This document shows, piece by piece, positions 1 to 10,815 of a stretch of 64,000 nt of DNA (position 1 is its first letter; every line of letters begins with the position of its first letter). The notes under the pieces were generated by a model. It did not search any database, was not told where the DNA came from, and was given only the letters and a program-made list of their open reading frames with translations. The DNA comes from Asterias rubens (taxonomy: Eukaryota), in contig NC_047064.1 in assembly GCF_902459465.1 (NCBI RefSeq), positions 682,001 to 746,000 of the forward strand, given 5' to 3'. The position numbers and the translations under genes are program-made.

Positions 1-366
1 ACTGTACACATTTGGTAATTGTCAAAGACCAGTGTTCTTACTTGGTGTATACCAGCATAAGCATAAAATAACAAACCTGTGAAAATTTGAGCTCAATTGG
101 TCATCGAAGTTGCGAGAAAATGATGAAAGAAAAAACACCTTTGTTGGACTTAATTGTGTGCTTTCAGAAAGAATTCAAACTTCTAGCTAAAAGTCTTATA
201 ATATATTAGTGAGAAATTACCTCTTTCTCAAAAACTATATCACTTCAGAGGGAGTCGTTTCCCACAATGTTTGATACTATCAACAGCTCTCCAATGCTCG
301 TTACCAAGTCAGTTTTTAAATTAATATTTGTTTTGAGTAACTACCAAACGTGTACCTTACCTTTAA
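1..366 (-). mobile_element. Non-autonomous Kolobok-type MITE, family B, truncated by the window start
   Basis: Near-identical to the copies at 5791-6163 and 42676-43044, and to the reverse complement of 59552-59935 (ggtaattgtcaaagaccagt...gcataaaataacaaacctgtgaaaattt...aacagctctccaatgctcgttaccaag). Confidence 0.8.
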
Positions 367-747
367 ATTGAAATAACTGATATATAGTTCATAGCTAATC
401 ACACAGTGTATGTATGTTCTGTCTGTGTTTATGGCATGATGTCAATATGTCTAGTTACTAAGTTGATTAGTAGAATCCAAACTTCATTTACTCAGAACTG
501 AAACATCCTCATTCACAGTACGTGCTCAAAAACATAGATTAAATAATCACAGTTTGTTACTACCAAATGAAATTTTTAGTGTTTTCTAACCATACCAAAC
601 TTTCTAAAATAATCAAACAGTGCAGTCCATTTTTCAAGGAGCTCCAAATTTCAAAGATGATATTTCTGAAATTCTCTGAAAAGGGATGTTTCATCTCTGA
701 GCTGTCAACGTCATTGTTGCTGTTATACTACGCACTCTAGACCACTC

Positions 748-1930
748 AGCTACCCTCTCTTATCCCAATAGCTACCAACTCTCAATACCGCAGCTACCCT
801 TTCTCACCCCCACAACTACTTAATATCAACCCCTTAGCTATTTAGTCTAAACCACAAATTTACCCGCTCTCAACCCATATAGCTATCCACTTTCAACCCT
901 ATAGGTACCCACTCTCAACCCTATAGGTACCCACTCTTAACCCTATAGGTACCCACTCTCAACCCCATAGCTACCCACTCTCAACCCCATAGCTACCCAC
1001 TCTCAACCCCATAGCTACCCACTCTCAACCCCCTAGCTACCCACTCTCGACCCCATAGCTACCCACTCTCGACCCCTTAGCTACCCACTCTCAACCCCCT
1101 AGCTACCCACTCTCAACCCCATAGCTACCCACTCTCAACCCCCTAGCTACCCACTCTCAACCCCCTAGCTACCCACTCTCGACCCCATAGCTACCCACTC
1201 TCAGTCCCATAGCTATCCACTCTCAACCCCATTGGTACCCACTCTCAACCCTATAGGTACCCACTCTCAACCCCCTAGCTACCCACTCTCAACCCCCTAG
1301 CTACCCACTCTCAACCCTATAGGTACCCACTCTCGACCCCATAGCCACCCACTCTCAACCCCATAGCTACCCACTCTCAACCCCCTAGCTACCCACTCTC
1401 GACCCCCTAGCTACCCACTCTCAGTCCCATAGCTACCCACTCTCAAACCCCTAGCTACCCACTCTCAACCCTCTAGCTACCCGATCTCAACCCTATAGGT
1501 ACCCAATCTCAACCTCTTAGCTACCCACTCTCAACCCCATAGCCACCCACTCTCAACCCCCTAGCTACCCACTCTCAACCCCCTAGCTACCTACTCTCAA
1601 CCCTCTAGCTACCCACTCTCAACCCCATAGCCACCCACTCTCAACCCCCTAGCTACCCACTCTCAACCCCCTAGCTACCCACTCTCAACCCCCTGGCTAC
1701 CCACTCTCAACCCCATACCTACCCACTCTCAACCCCATACCTACCCACTCTCAACCCCCTAGCTACCCACTATTGACCCCCTAGCTACCCACTCTCAACC
1801 CCCTAGCTACCCACTCTCAACCCCAGAGCTGCCCACTCTCAACCCCCTAGCTACACACTCTCAACCCCATAGCTACCCACTCTCAACCCCATAGCTACCC
1901 ACTCTCAACCCTATAGCTACCCACTCCAAA
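748..1930. repeat. 22-bp minisatellite (aaccccatagctacccactctc)n, about 50 units with variant types
   Basis: Direct tandem repetition with interspersed variants ccccatagctac / ccccctagctac / ccctataggtac; degenerate at the left edge. The minus strand is G-rich. Confidence 0.97.
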
Positions 1931-2143
1931 CTAGGATTGATGAAAAGGATCAACTGTAGTTGATTAGAATTTAGCACACAGTTAGTTTCATTTGTACTTT
2001 ACTAGACTCATTACATGTTATGTAAAATAGTTGCCCTGGTAACTCATTTTGTATTCATTTAGTGAAATCATTGTTTATACTAACACTAGTCATAACTAAT
2101 GTACATTGCCTGCTGCTTGCCTTCCATCTTTCTCGCATCACAG

Positions 2144-2462
2144 GCCCACACTGACCACCATGTTCCCAACGACCCCAACCACAACCCCAACAACATCCCC
2201 TACAATGACTCCTCCCTCCCTATCCACCCCTCGTACCTACAGCGGTAGCAGTACCATCGACACCCAGAGTGAATCATCACCTCGTAAGACGGCAGATCTA
2301 TCGGAAGGATCCCTCGAGGGGCTTCAAGAATTATCCAGCCCAGTCAGGGAAGGAGCTGTTGCCATGACGATACTCCATAGTGATAAAGAGGCAGAAAATG
2401 TTGGGGCATCGTCGGTAGGTGATGGAGAGTTTGCAGAAGGGGATGAGCAATGTTGGTTGTGA
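2144..2462 (+). CDS. Probable 3' terminal coding exon of an unidentified gene entering from upstream (Thr/Pro/Ser-rich then acidic)
   Basis: Polypyrimidine tract plus CAG acceptor at 2141-2143 (cttccatctttctcgcatcacag). The open frame PTLTTMFPTTPTTTPTTS...GDEQCWL ends at TGA 2460-2462. GC is higher than in the flanks and AATAAA occurs at about 3115. No recognisable domain; the frame is uncertain. Confidence 0.4.
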
Positions 2463-3555
2463 GACAAGAAGTCTGATTCCTCATTAGGATGGTCGGACAC
2501 TAACACCTGTTTGCCAAGATCTGAACCTAATTGTTTTTCATCAATGACATCTCAGCAAATACAGGGGCCAGCTTATGATAATTGTGAACTAACGGCAAGT
2601 CATGAGTGTTATCGGAAGATTTAACAGCTTCTTGAATGACTGATAAGTGTGCAGACAATGGGCTTCTAACATCATCATGTTTAATGAACTAACGCATTAG
2701 AGTTAACCTTCAAAGACTACGCTTTAATCAGTAAACTCTGCCAAAGTCAAACCTATGGAGCTAATTAAAGAGGACTTCATGTATTCTTAGTAACTTTATC
2801 TTTAAACCAATTGAGGAAATGTGCACTAAAATGTAAATTTCCCTGTAAACAATTACGAAAAATAAGAAACACAAATACCTTGTTTAGGGGGGAGTTCATG
2901 CAAGTTTTGTGTTAATTTTGTTTTGTAATGCATCAAAGTTCCAAAGTTCTTTGCACTGCAAAATCTCCCTGCTGCGGTGGGTATTTCACAGATGTCAAGT
3001 TCAAATTATACAACATGCAATTTCCACTAATGACAGTGATTTGTTTTCCCTAATTGGCAGCTATTTCAACCTTGATTATTTTGCTTTGGCTTCGCCAGCT
3101 GTAACCCATCTGCAATAAAGTACCATTAAGGCATTAAACCCCAGTCTATTCTGTGCACTAAAGGATGTTTTCCACCATTCATAAACCAGGACTCAGTTTC
3201 ACATGATAAGGATAGCTTCAGGAGGTAGTGCTTTCTGCTCTACCAGTCAGGCGTCGGATTGATGATACCCAAGCCTACATTCTTATGGACTGTAAAGGGG
3301 GTAACCCTGTTTCAGCCCCAAGAGTAGGTGGCATCGACCCCTCGAAAAATAGTTGATTGTAGACCACACCTTGTAGTGGCCTTCAGGCCTTGTGTGTCAG
3401 GCAACTTGCATACAAACATTTTAAAGATAGTGGTCTGCTACAGAAATTCTTACTCTCAACAATCAAACCTGGGAAACCTTTCATTCAGCACATGCTTAAA
3501 TTGAATTCAGGAAACAATACTAATATGGTTACATAAATAACACTGTTTTACATGC

Positions 3556-3926
3556 TTAAAGCCATTGGACCCTTTCGGTAAACAGTATTGTCCAAGGCCC
3601 ACACTTCGTGTGTCACAACATCTATATCAAATAACAAACCTGTGAAAATTTGGGCTTAATCGGAGTCGGGAGAAAATAACGGGAAAACCCACCCTTGTAT
3701 CCGCGCGTTACGCCGTGTCATGACATGTGTTTAAAACAAATCCGTAATTCTCGTTAACGAGAATTGGTATTGTTTTACTGTTTTCTCAAAAAGTAAATCA
3801 TTTCATGGAATAATATTTCAAGAGAAGTATTTCACCACTACCTTCTGTAAACCCTGTAAGTTATTTGTAAATCTGTGAACTTTTTTTTTTTTTTTTTTTT
3901 TTACCGAAAGGGTCCAATGGCTTTAA
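3556..3926 (+). mobile_element. Complete non-autonomous Kolobok-type MITE, family A
   Basis: TTAA at both ends; perfect terminal inverted repeat TTAAAGCCATTGGACCCTTTCGGTAAA / TTTACCGAAAGGGTCCAATGGCTTTAA; homologous copies at 9686 and 28667. A TTAA target with RR-starting TIRs is the Kolobok/T2-MITE signature. Confidence 0.85.
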
Positions 3927-4185
3927 AAGGCTGTTATTATTTGGCATATTTAGTGATAAGATATGTATCTTTGTTAGTTTCCTTTAAGTTGTTACCAGTG
4001 ATGGGGCATCTTGAGCCAAATACTTTGCTTTTTACCTTTGTATCTAGCACTTTGAGGCCTTTTTTTGCAATTTGGCGCTTTATAAATATCTTTTTATTAT
4101 TATTATTATTAATAGATCATTACCTCCTTTTGCTAAATCAAACTAAAACTTAAAGCGTTAAACCTTAAGACTTTTAATATTGACT

Positions 4186-4246
4186 TTTGGGGTTGAACAA
4201 AGAATTGACTAGAGTGGGATTCGAACCAACGACATCCGGATTAACG
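4186..4246 (-). repeat. Fragment of tRNA-derived repeat family C (3' half: T-arm plus tail)
   Basis: ggggttgaacaaagaattgactagagtgggattcgaaccaacgacatccggattaacgt is nearly identical to 10510-10567. Confidence 0.8.
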
Positions 4247-5790
4247 TATTGCTTATTTGTCATTGTTCAAAATTATTATTCATCATTCAGTTTACTTTGC
4301 AATTTGGTTGTCACTTTTTTTGTAAGTGGCATGATTTTGATGATTCTTTTGTACCAGGTTTCCTAAAGATGCTAGCTTTGAAATATCATGCATAACAATG
4401 TACATCCTGCATAACTAAAAGAAAATTCAGTTATTTTTGCTTCCCTCAATGCAGCTAGATTACTTGTAGTTGACATTAATCCTGGGGGTGGGGGTAAAGT
4501 TGATAGCGTTTAGATGCTGGTCTTTTTGAAGTTTGTCATATCGATGAGGTAGATATCTCTACAAGAAATTGTCTTTTCTTTCAGTTTACAGAACATGTGC
4601 AGCACACAAATGCTCTGGTATTTTGTCAACCAGCAGCATCCCTTTTTGAACCAAACATTTTTGAGAAAGTTCAAAAGATGAAAAATCTTAGGAGGAATTG
4701 CCATAAGAGGAATGGTTCAAATGTAGTACCAAAATGCTTACCACATGTCTTAGGTTGTAACAAAGTCGAGTGTTATGTCAGGTTCAATACACCTAAAGTT
4801 GGTTTCATTTCTTGTGGTTGGTAGTGATTTCATAGAGCTACTTATCTTACAATTTGTTGCATGTTAACATTTCTTATCGCTGAAATAAACTGCTTGATCA
4901 AAGTAGCATACTAACAAACTGCAGGTCTCCAACTAACCCATGGCACACATGCTGCCCTGTGTTTTTTCTTTGGTGCCCTTTGCAAATACAAAGTAATTTT
5001 TTCCCCATAGAAATGCCCGATTCAGAATTGTTGTGCTCCTTCCAGAGCAATGATAAGGTCCTTTCAAAAAGGCAATCATCTCGTTTTAACGCCCAAAGTT
5101 AAGTCATTTAAAATGCATTTCCCAGGCTGTATTTTTAAAACACTATGCTGAATCCAATGCTGACAGTCAAACTTAGCATAAAGATGAGAAAAGATAAGTT
5201 TGATTGAGTTAAAACCACTGGAAATGTGAAGAGTATTTCACTGCATTACATTAGAAAAACATTTTTCAGAGAAGTTGTCTTTTAATTTGCCGGTAGAACT
5301 TGTCTGACCTCTGCTAGAATGTGATGGTTTTTGGAAATACCTTAAACAAAAGCTAAAAGTTTGTCTACATTTTGATAGCATTTCTGAATTGTGTAAGTTG
5401 CTGAGACAATATGTTGTCAAACTTACCAAACCTAATTTTAGTTGTAAATTGAAATTGTAAAAATTGTGAATATTAATTTTGGTTAATTGTTTAATTCTAA
5501 AAGCTGCTTTGTCTAATTTGGGATGGTTGAAAACACTAAACCAGTCCCTTTTTATTTGATTGGATAGATGTACAGTATACATACACACACAATGACACAA
5601 TAGTGCACACAGCTCAGTGTTACAGCCGATCTGGGGACATTTTGTTCTATCTGTGCACTTATGACAAAAAGTATTCTTCAACACTGTCAAAAACAATTGT
5701 GTGGCCGTGTGTAAGTCCAAATAGTGTTTCATGTCTGCACAATATTTGAAATTCTTTTGTTCTCTCAGGTCCACATTTTGTGTCTATTGC

Positions 5791-6163
5791 TTAAAGACAC
5801 TTGACACTATTGGTAATTGCCAAAGACCAGTCTTCTCACTTGGTGTATCTCAACATATGCATAAAATAACAAACCTTTGAAAATTTGGGCTCAATTGATC
5901 ATCGAAGTTGCGAGAAAATGATGAAAGAAAAAACACCCTTGTTGGACGAATTTGTGTGCTTTCAGAGAGGAATAAAAGACTTCTAGCTAGAATTCTTTTT
6001 ATTTTTTAGTGAGAAATTACCTCTTTCTCAAAAACTACGTTACTTCAGAGGGAGTCGTTTCCCACAATGTTTTATACTATCAACAGCTCTCCAATGCTCG
6101 TTACCAAGTCAGTTTTTAAATTAATATTTGTGTTGTCTACAAAATGTGTACCTTCCCTATAAA
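5791..6163 (-). mobile_element. Kolobok-type MITE, family B
   Basis: Starts TTAAAGACACTTGACACTATTGGTAATT; the body matches 1-366 and 42676-43044. Confidence 0.85.
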
Positions 6164-7691
6164 TACACACACACAGATGTTTGTGAATCCTGCTAATCTA
6201 GGACTTCTCTGGGTTCTCCCAATGTTTTGTAGCGATGTCCCAGTTGGTTTTGTACATAAAAGCAAAGCAAGGACGTCCTTGCCCTGTCAAACACCCATAT
6301 CCCTCTTCGTTAAAGTCCTTGGTTTTGACGCATGTTGGTTTAGACACACAGCATTAAGACATGCAAGCATAAATCTCTACATATCTTGCTACCACAGATT
6401 CTAAATCAAAACACAAGAGGGTGCCCCCAAGCTATTGAGTTGCAGCCATTAAAATTGAGAGTTGCAACAGCTTGCGAGTAGAAACCATTTTGTGTAAAAG
6501 AAAAGCATGGATGGATTCTTGGTGCCAGACTTGATCTGCCCACTGGGCTGCATTTGGGCCGAAAATGGCGGTTAGCAACCACGCCGATTCCAGACGTGTT
6601 AAGTGCATTTTGTCATGAAGTAATTTGCACCATTGCAAATTATTACATCTTTTAATTGCTATTCAGAAATTGGACCAATAACTGGGTGTAAACTAGTAGA
6701 CTAACATACACAGATCAAAGTAATAACAACACAACATTTACAATGCGCATTTTTCTTGTAAAACAATCCCGTCAAGGAGTAACTGTCCATGAAGAGTTGA
6801 GCTCATTTCTAATGTATTCCGGTTTCCTTTGAAAACTGATCATTTGAGGCGATATCAGATTTTATTAACTGCTTTTTATTTGTACTCTTTTAAAACTAGA
6901 AATAAGGCCCGTAAGTTTGTCATGAAGTGTTAATCTTGATGTTTTTTGTAAAATCAAATAAAACGGAAACAATGTACCAAATAGAGCAAACCAAGAATGT
7001 ATCATTTTTCATGCCCTAGCATGGCAAACAAGACAAATTAAAATGTTGCTTTATATTTTATTTTTTTTATTCAAATGATTTTGGTGAAATTTTTCTTTGT
7101 CATTCTAGCCAAAACCCTGATTTACTTTTTCATATTGAAAATAACTTTACAGTATTTAACATATTGCCAAGAATAAAGTGCAGGTTTGAGAAATATTATT
7201 TAAACTAGGATTGGCCGTCGATTTATATATTCCTGTTTCTTCCCATTTGAGGCGTGTGCTGGATAAACATGATTCTGTTCAAACTGTGGCTTATTTATAA
7301 GTAACCAATGTGATCTTGTTAGCTTTTGTATGTATTTATGTGATATTAAGACTCAATGACTGTATATTTTTCCTTCTGTGCATGTAATTGCTTTTTTCCT
7401 TCTCCTTTTCGGTATCTAACCTCCCTGTATTGGTTATTAAAATGCTGGCATGATTGCTGTATAGAAACCAAACATGCTAAACAGTAAGTTTGAAGTTGTA
7501 AATAATATTTATCATCTATTATACAAAACGTCCATGAAGAAATCATGAGTGGAATGAGTTTTGTTTTGTTCAATAAAACTTAAGAAATAATGGCACAAAC
7601 TGAAGAATAAGACTTTGTGTTGTATTTGGAGTGTGATCTTTCCTTCTACGTGAAATTTATTTCTTGTCTGATTTGTGCAGTGATGGTAAAA

Positions 7692-7803
7692 AAGGGGTGG
7701 AGCCGTCATCCTGAGAAGAGCCAATCAGCTTTCACAATGACTGATTGACAGCAAGTGGCAGCCAATCAGAGTGCATGAATGGTAAATCCCTTAACCAATC
7801 AGG
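7692..7803. promoter_or_regulatory. Cluster of CCAAT boxes with a GC/GT-box
   Basis: ggggtggagc at about 7694; GCCAATCAG at 7720 and 7761; ACCAATCAG at 7794; reverse-like CTGATTG at 7741. Confidence 0.4.
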
Positions 7804-8299
7804 AGTTTGGAATTACTAGGGGGCATAAGTGATCATGTTGCCCAATTTTAAAAAGACTGAAACATTTTGGGGCAGGCAAGATACTACACTGTTGATATAC
7901 ATACATGTACACACAATTTTAGATTTTGTATTGTAACTCAATATAAAATAACGTCTGAAACAGTGAAGAAAACAGTGTGCTAATATCCACTGTAGAATTT
8001 TAGAAGTTTTTGTTGTGCCTGCAGGAAATCTGACTATGACTCTGTTGTAAAAAATCTTGTTTCTCAAATAACATGGTCTGTGAAATTAGCAGGAACATTT
8101 CTGAACATTCAAATACTAATTCCAATCTCAATTTGATCATCCAGGTTTTGTCTTGGAAATCATTTACCAATTCCAAGCTCAATTTGATCATGCAGATAGT
8201 TAACATTACAAGTCATGGTTTTCTTTAGATATGTAGTCTTTTCATTCCTCCCCAGAAATAAGAAATCTATGGAGCATTGGAAGTGCCATCTGACATGTT

Positions 8300-8745
8300 G
8301 AAATCCTGAGATAATTTCCTTGAAGATGGTAACATCAAAAACGAAAGATGACAACATCCTGAGATGGTATATCTCAAGATGACAACATCCTAAAGTAAGA
8401 TGACATCTTCCCGATATATTTTATATAAGGATGTTGACATCATGAAGTAAATGATTACTTTCCAATATTATTATCTCAGGATGTTGTCTTCCTGAGCGTA
8501 AGACATCTACTTCCCGAGATAATCCATTATGGGATTGTAACAATTATCCTGAAAATGTCAAGAACCCAAGATAAATTATCTTTGGGAAGAAAACATTCTC
8601 AAGACATCATCCCAAGATCAATTTACTGCAGTTAGATGATGACATCCTGAGAAAATTGATCTCAATTCTCAAGACGTCATCAAGATGTCATCATCCCAAG
8701 ATCAATTTTCTCAGGATGTCTTCATTTTACTGCAGTAAATTATCC
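8300..8745. repeat. Degenerate internally repetitive block built on GATGACATC/CCCAAGAT motifs, with a long inverted repeat
   Basis: Repeated gatgac(a)acatcc, tcccaagat and ctcaaga motifs. Inverted arms at 8620-8662 and 8699-8741 include a perfect 22-bp core gacatcctgagaaaattgatct / agatcaattttctcaggatgtc. Confidence 0.75.
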
Positions 8746-9269
8746 CACAATTTCAAAAAGTTGGATGGCACTTACAAAGCTCCGAGATATCAGTATGTTA
8801 GAGAAGAAAGACTTGTTGGACACAACTCTTTGACCAAATGTTTAAAGAGAATACAATCCAGAATGTCAAATATATGGTTTTGTTAGAACTTCATGAGTTG
8901 AATTAAGTACTTTACAAATCTCCACAAATCAGTTAACATTGCGCACAAATCTGAAAAATGTTTTACATCTCTGTTATCTTGCTGTGTGATATTAAATTGT
9001 AAATCTGTTCCAAATAATTTTTGGGAAAAGTAAAGAAAATTTGTAATACATTTTTGAAAAACAGATGAAAAAGCTAGCATGAGTTCAAAATACTCTGTTA
9101 GTTAGGGGGTGGCCGTTTTTTCAGACGGTTCCCAGTTAATACTTAAATGTTTTTGTTTGATCTCAAATTGGGAATAAATAAGTTATGATAAGCATGTCCA
9201 AATTAGGATGAATCGATTGCTGACAAATCTGATACTAAATCTGATAAAATTACACAAATATTGTTTACC

Positions 9270-9530
9270 TGTTTACCGGTTTAACTACTGACTGTTTTAA
9301 ATGTTGACTGGTTTAACTGCGGACTGGTTTAACAGTTGACTGGTTTAACTGTTGTCTGGTTAAACTGTTGACTGGTTTATCAGTTGATCGATTTAACTAC
9401 TTACTGGTTTAAGTGTTGACTGGTTTGACTGTTGACTGGTTAAACAGTTGACTGGTTTAACAGTTGACTGGTTTAACAGTTGACTGGTTTAATATTTGAC
9501 CGGTTTAACTGTTGGCTGGTTTAATTGATG
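9270..9530. repeat. 16-bp tandem repeat (gttgactggtttaaca)n, about 15 units
   Basis: Direct tandem repetition visible at 9303-9526, with degenerate units to the left. Confidence 0.92.
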
Positions 9531-9685
9531 ACAGGTTATTGAGCCTGTGAGTTTTAGTTTGCTATATTAGCAACTGTATTATTTATATTTCACAGTTAAT
9601 CTTTTGAAACTGTTATGATTGATAGAACTTTAAAAACCATTACATCAAGATGATAAATTTATACATTAAATTTATATTATTATCG

Positions 9686-10054
9686 TTAAAGCCATTGGAC
9701 CCTTTCGGTACAGAAAAAAAAAAGGTAACAGATTTACAAATAATTTACAGGGTTTACAGAAGGTAATGGTGAAAGACTTCTCTTGAAATATTAGTCCATG
9801 AAATGCTTTACTTTTTGAGAAAACGGTAAAACAATATAAATTCTCGTTAGCGAGAATTACGGATTTGTTATAAACACATGTCATGACACGGCGAAACGCG
9901 CGAAAACAGGAGTGGGTTTTCCCGTTATTTTCTCCCGACTCCGATGTCCGATTGAGCCTAAATTTCTACAGGATTGTTATTTTATATATAAGTTGTGATA
10001 CACGAAGTGTGGGACTTGGACAATATTGCTACCGAAAGCGTATAATGGCTTTAA
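9686..10054 (-). mobile_element. Kolobok-type MITE, family A
   Basis: TTAAAGCCATTGGACCCTTTCGGTA at the left, taccgaaagcgtataatggctTTAA at the right; reverse complement of 3556-3926. Confidence 0.85.
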
Positions 10055-10489
10055 GTTGAAGGGCATCTTAACAAGCTATGATTTGTTATTATTATTTTTG
10101 TAACTCACAGTTTGTTTTTATATATGCCGTGTGCAATGGAAGGAGTTTTATCAAATTCCTTGCAGATTGTTGAACCTCTTAGCTGCATAGGAATGTTACA
10201 ACGCTGATGCAGCTTAAAGCCAAAACAAAGATGGCGCTGCTTACCACCTAATTCTGCTCTTACGATACCCTGAGGGCGTGATTCTTTGGGCAGTAAGCAC
10301 AGAAGTTGGCGGTAAGAAATGCCATTTTAAAACTAGAAACATTTATCACAATGTACACTAAATGTGTATGACCTCCAGTAAGTAGTTTATTTTTGTACAT
10401 AAACCTCCATTAGTTAACAGTGTAACTGTAGACGCTCTTTCAATATATGTTTATACAAACTGCCTATACACAACCCCTCTCATTGGATC

Positions 10490-10815
10490 GTAATTTCAAA
10501 GTATTTTTGTGGTTGAACAAAGAATTGACTAGAGTTGGATTCGAACCAACGACCTCCGGATTAACGTGCCGGCGCTCTACCAACTGAGCTATCTAGCCCT
10601 ATATTGGCGGTGTCCCTATTTTGTCAATATCTTTGTTCGGGGGTGCCAGTCAGAAGCCATACAACCGTTAACTGCCTTGTAGCCAGGGATCACACCCAAA
10701 GTACGATACAACCTGGGAAGCGGCAGCCAGGGGATCACCATAAGTCAATTCTTTGTTCAACCCCAAAAATCATTTCAAAATTTACCCAGTCAGTTTCCTT
10801 GTGGTTTATATTGAT
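10490..10815 (-). mobile_element. tRNA-containing repeat family C, best-preserved copy (about 140-bp upstream flank + tRNA-like core + tail)
   Basis: The same upstream flank, core and tail recur at 26185-26380 (-) and 32000-32245 (+). A second, inverted tail copy lies at 10743-10815. Confidence 0.75.
10526..10598 (-). pseudogene. tRNA-Asn(GTT)-like 73-nt cloverleaf inside repeat family C (probably not a functional tRNA)
   Basis: GGCTAGA TA GCTC AGTTGGTA GAGC G CCGGC ACGTTAA TCCGG AGGTC GTTGG TTCGAAT CCAAC TCTAGTC A. Acceptor, D and T stems pair and boxes A and B are intact, but the anticodon loop begins AC instead of YT and the anticodon stem has a C.T mismatch. Confidence 0.7.

Noticed and set aside
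748-1930. Minisatellite as interstitial telomere, CRISPR array or coding repeat
   Set aside because: It contains only isolated AACCCT hexamers rather than (TTAGGG)n, has no unique spacers, and TAG stops recur in nearly every unit.
5238-5774. 178-aa minus-strand ORF
   Set aside because: AT-rich, with no domain, no splice context and an amino-acid composition typical of non-coding DNA.
10526-10598. Functional tRNA-Asn gene
   Set aside because: The anticodon loop is non-canonical (A32, C33), the anticodon stem has a mismatch, and it is embedded in a dispersed repeat with diverged siblings.
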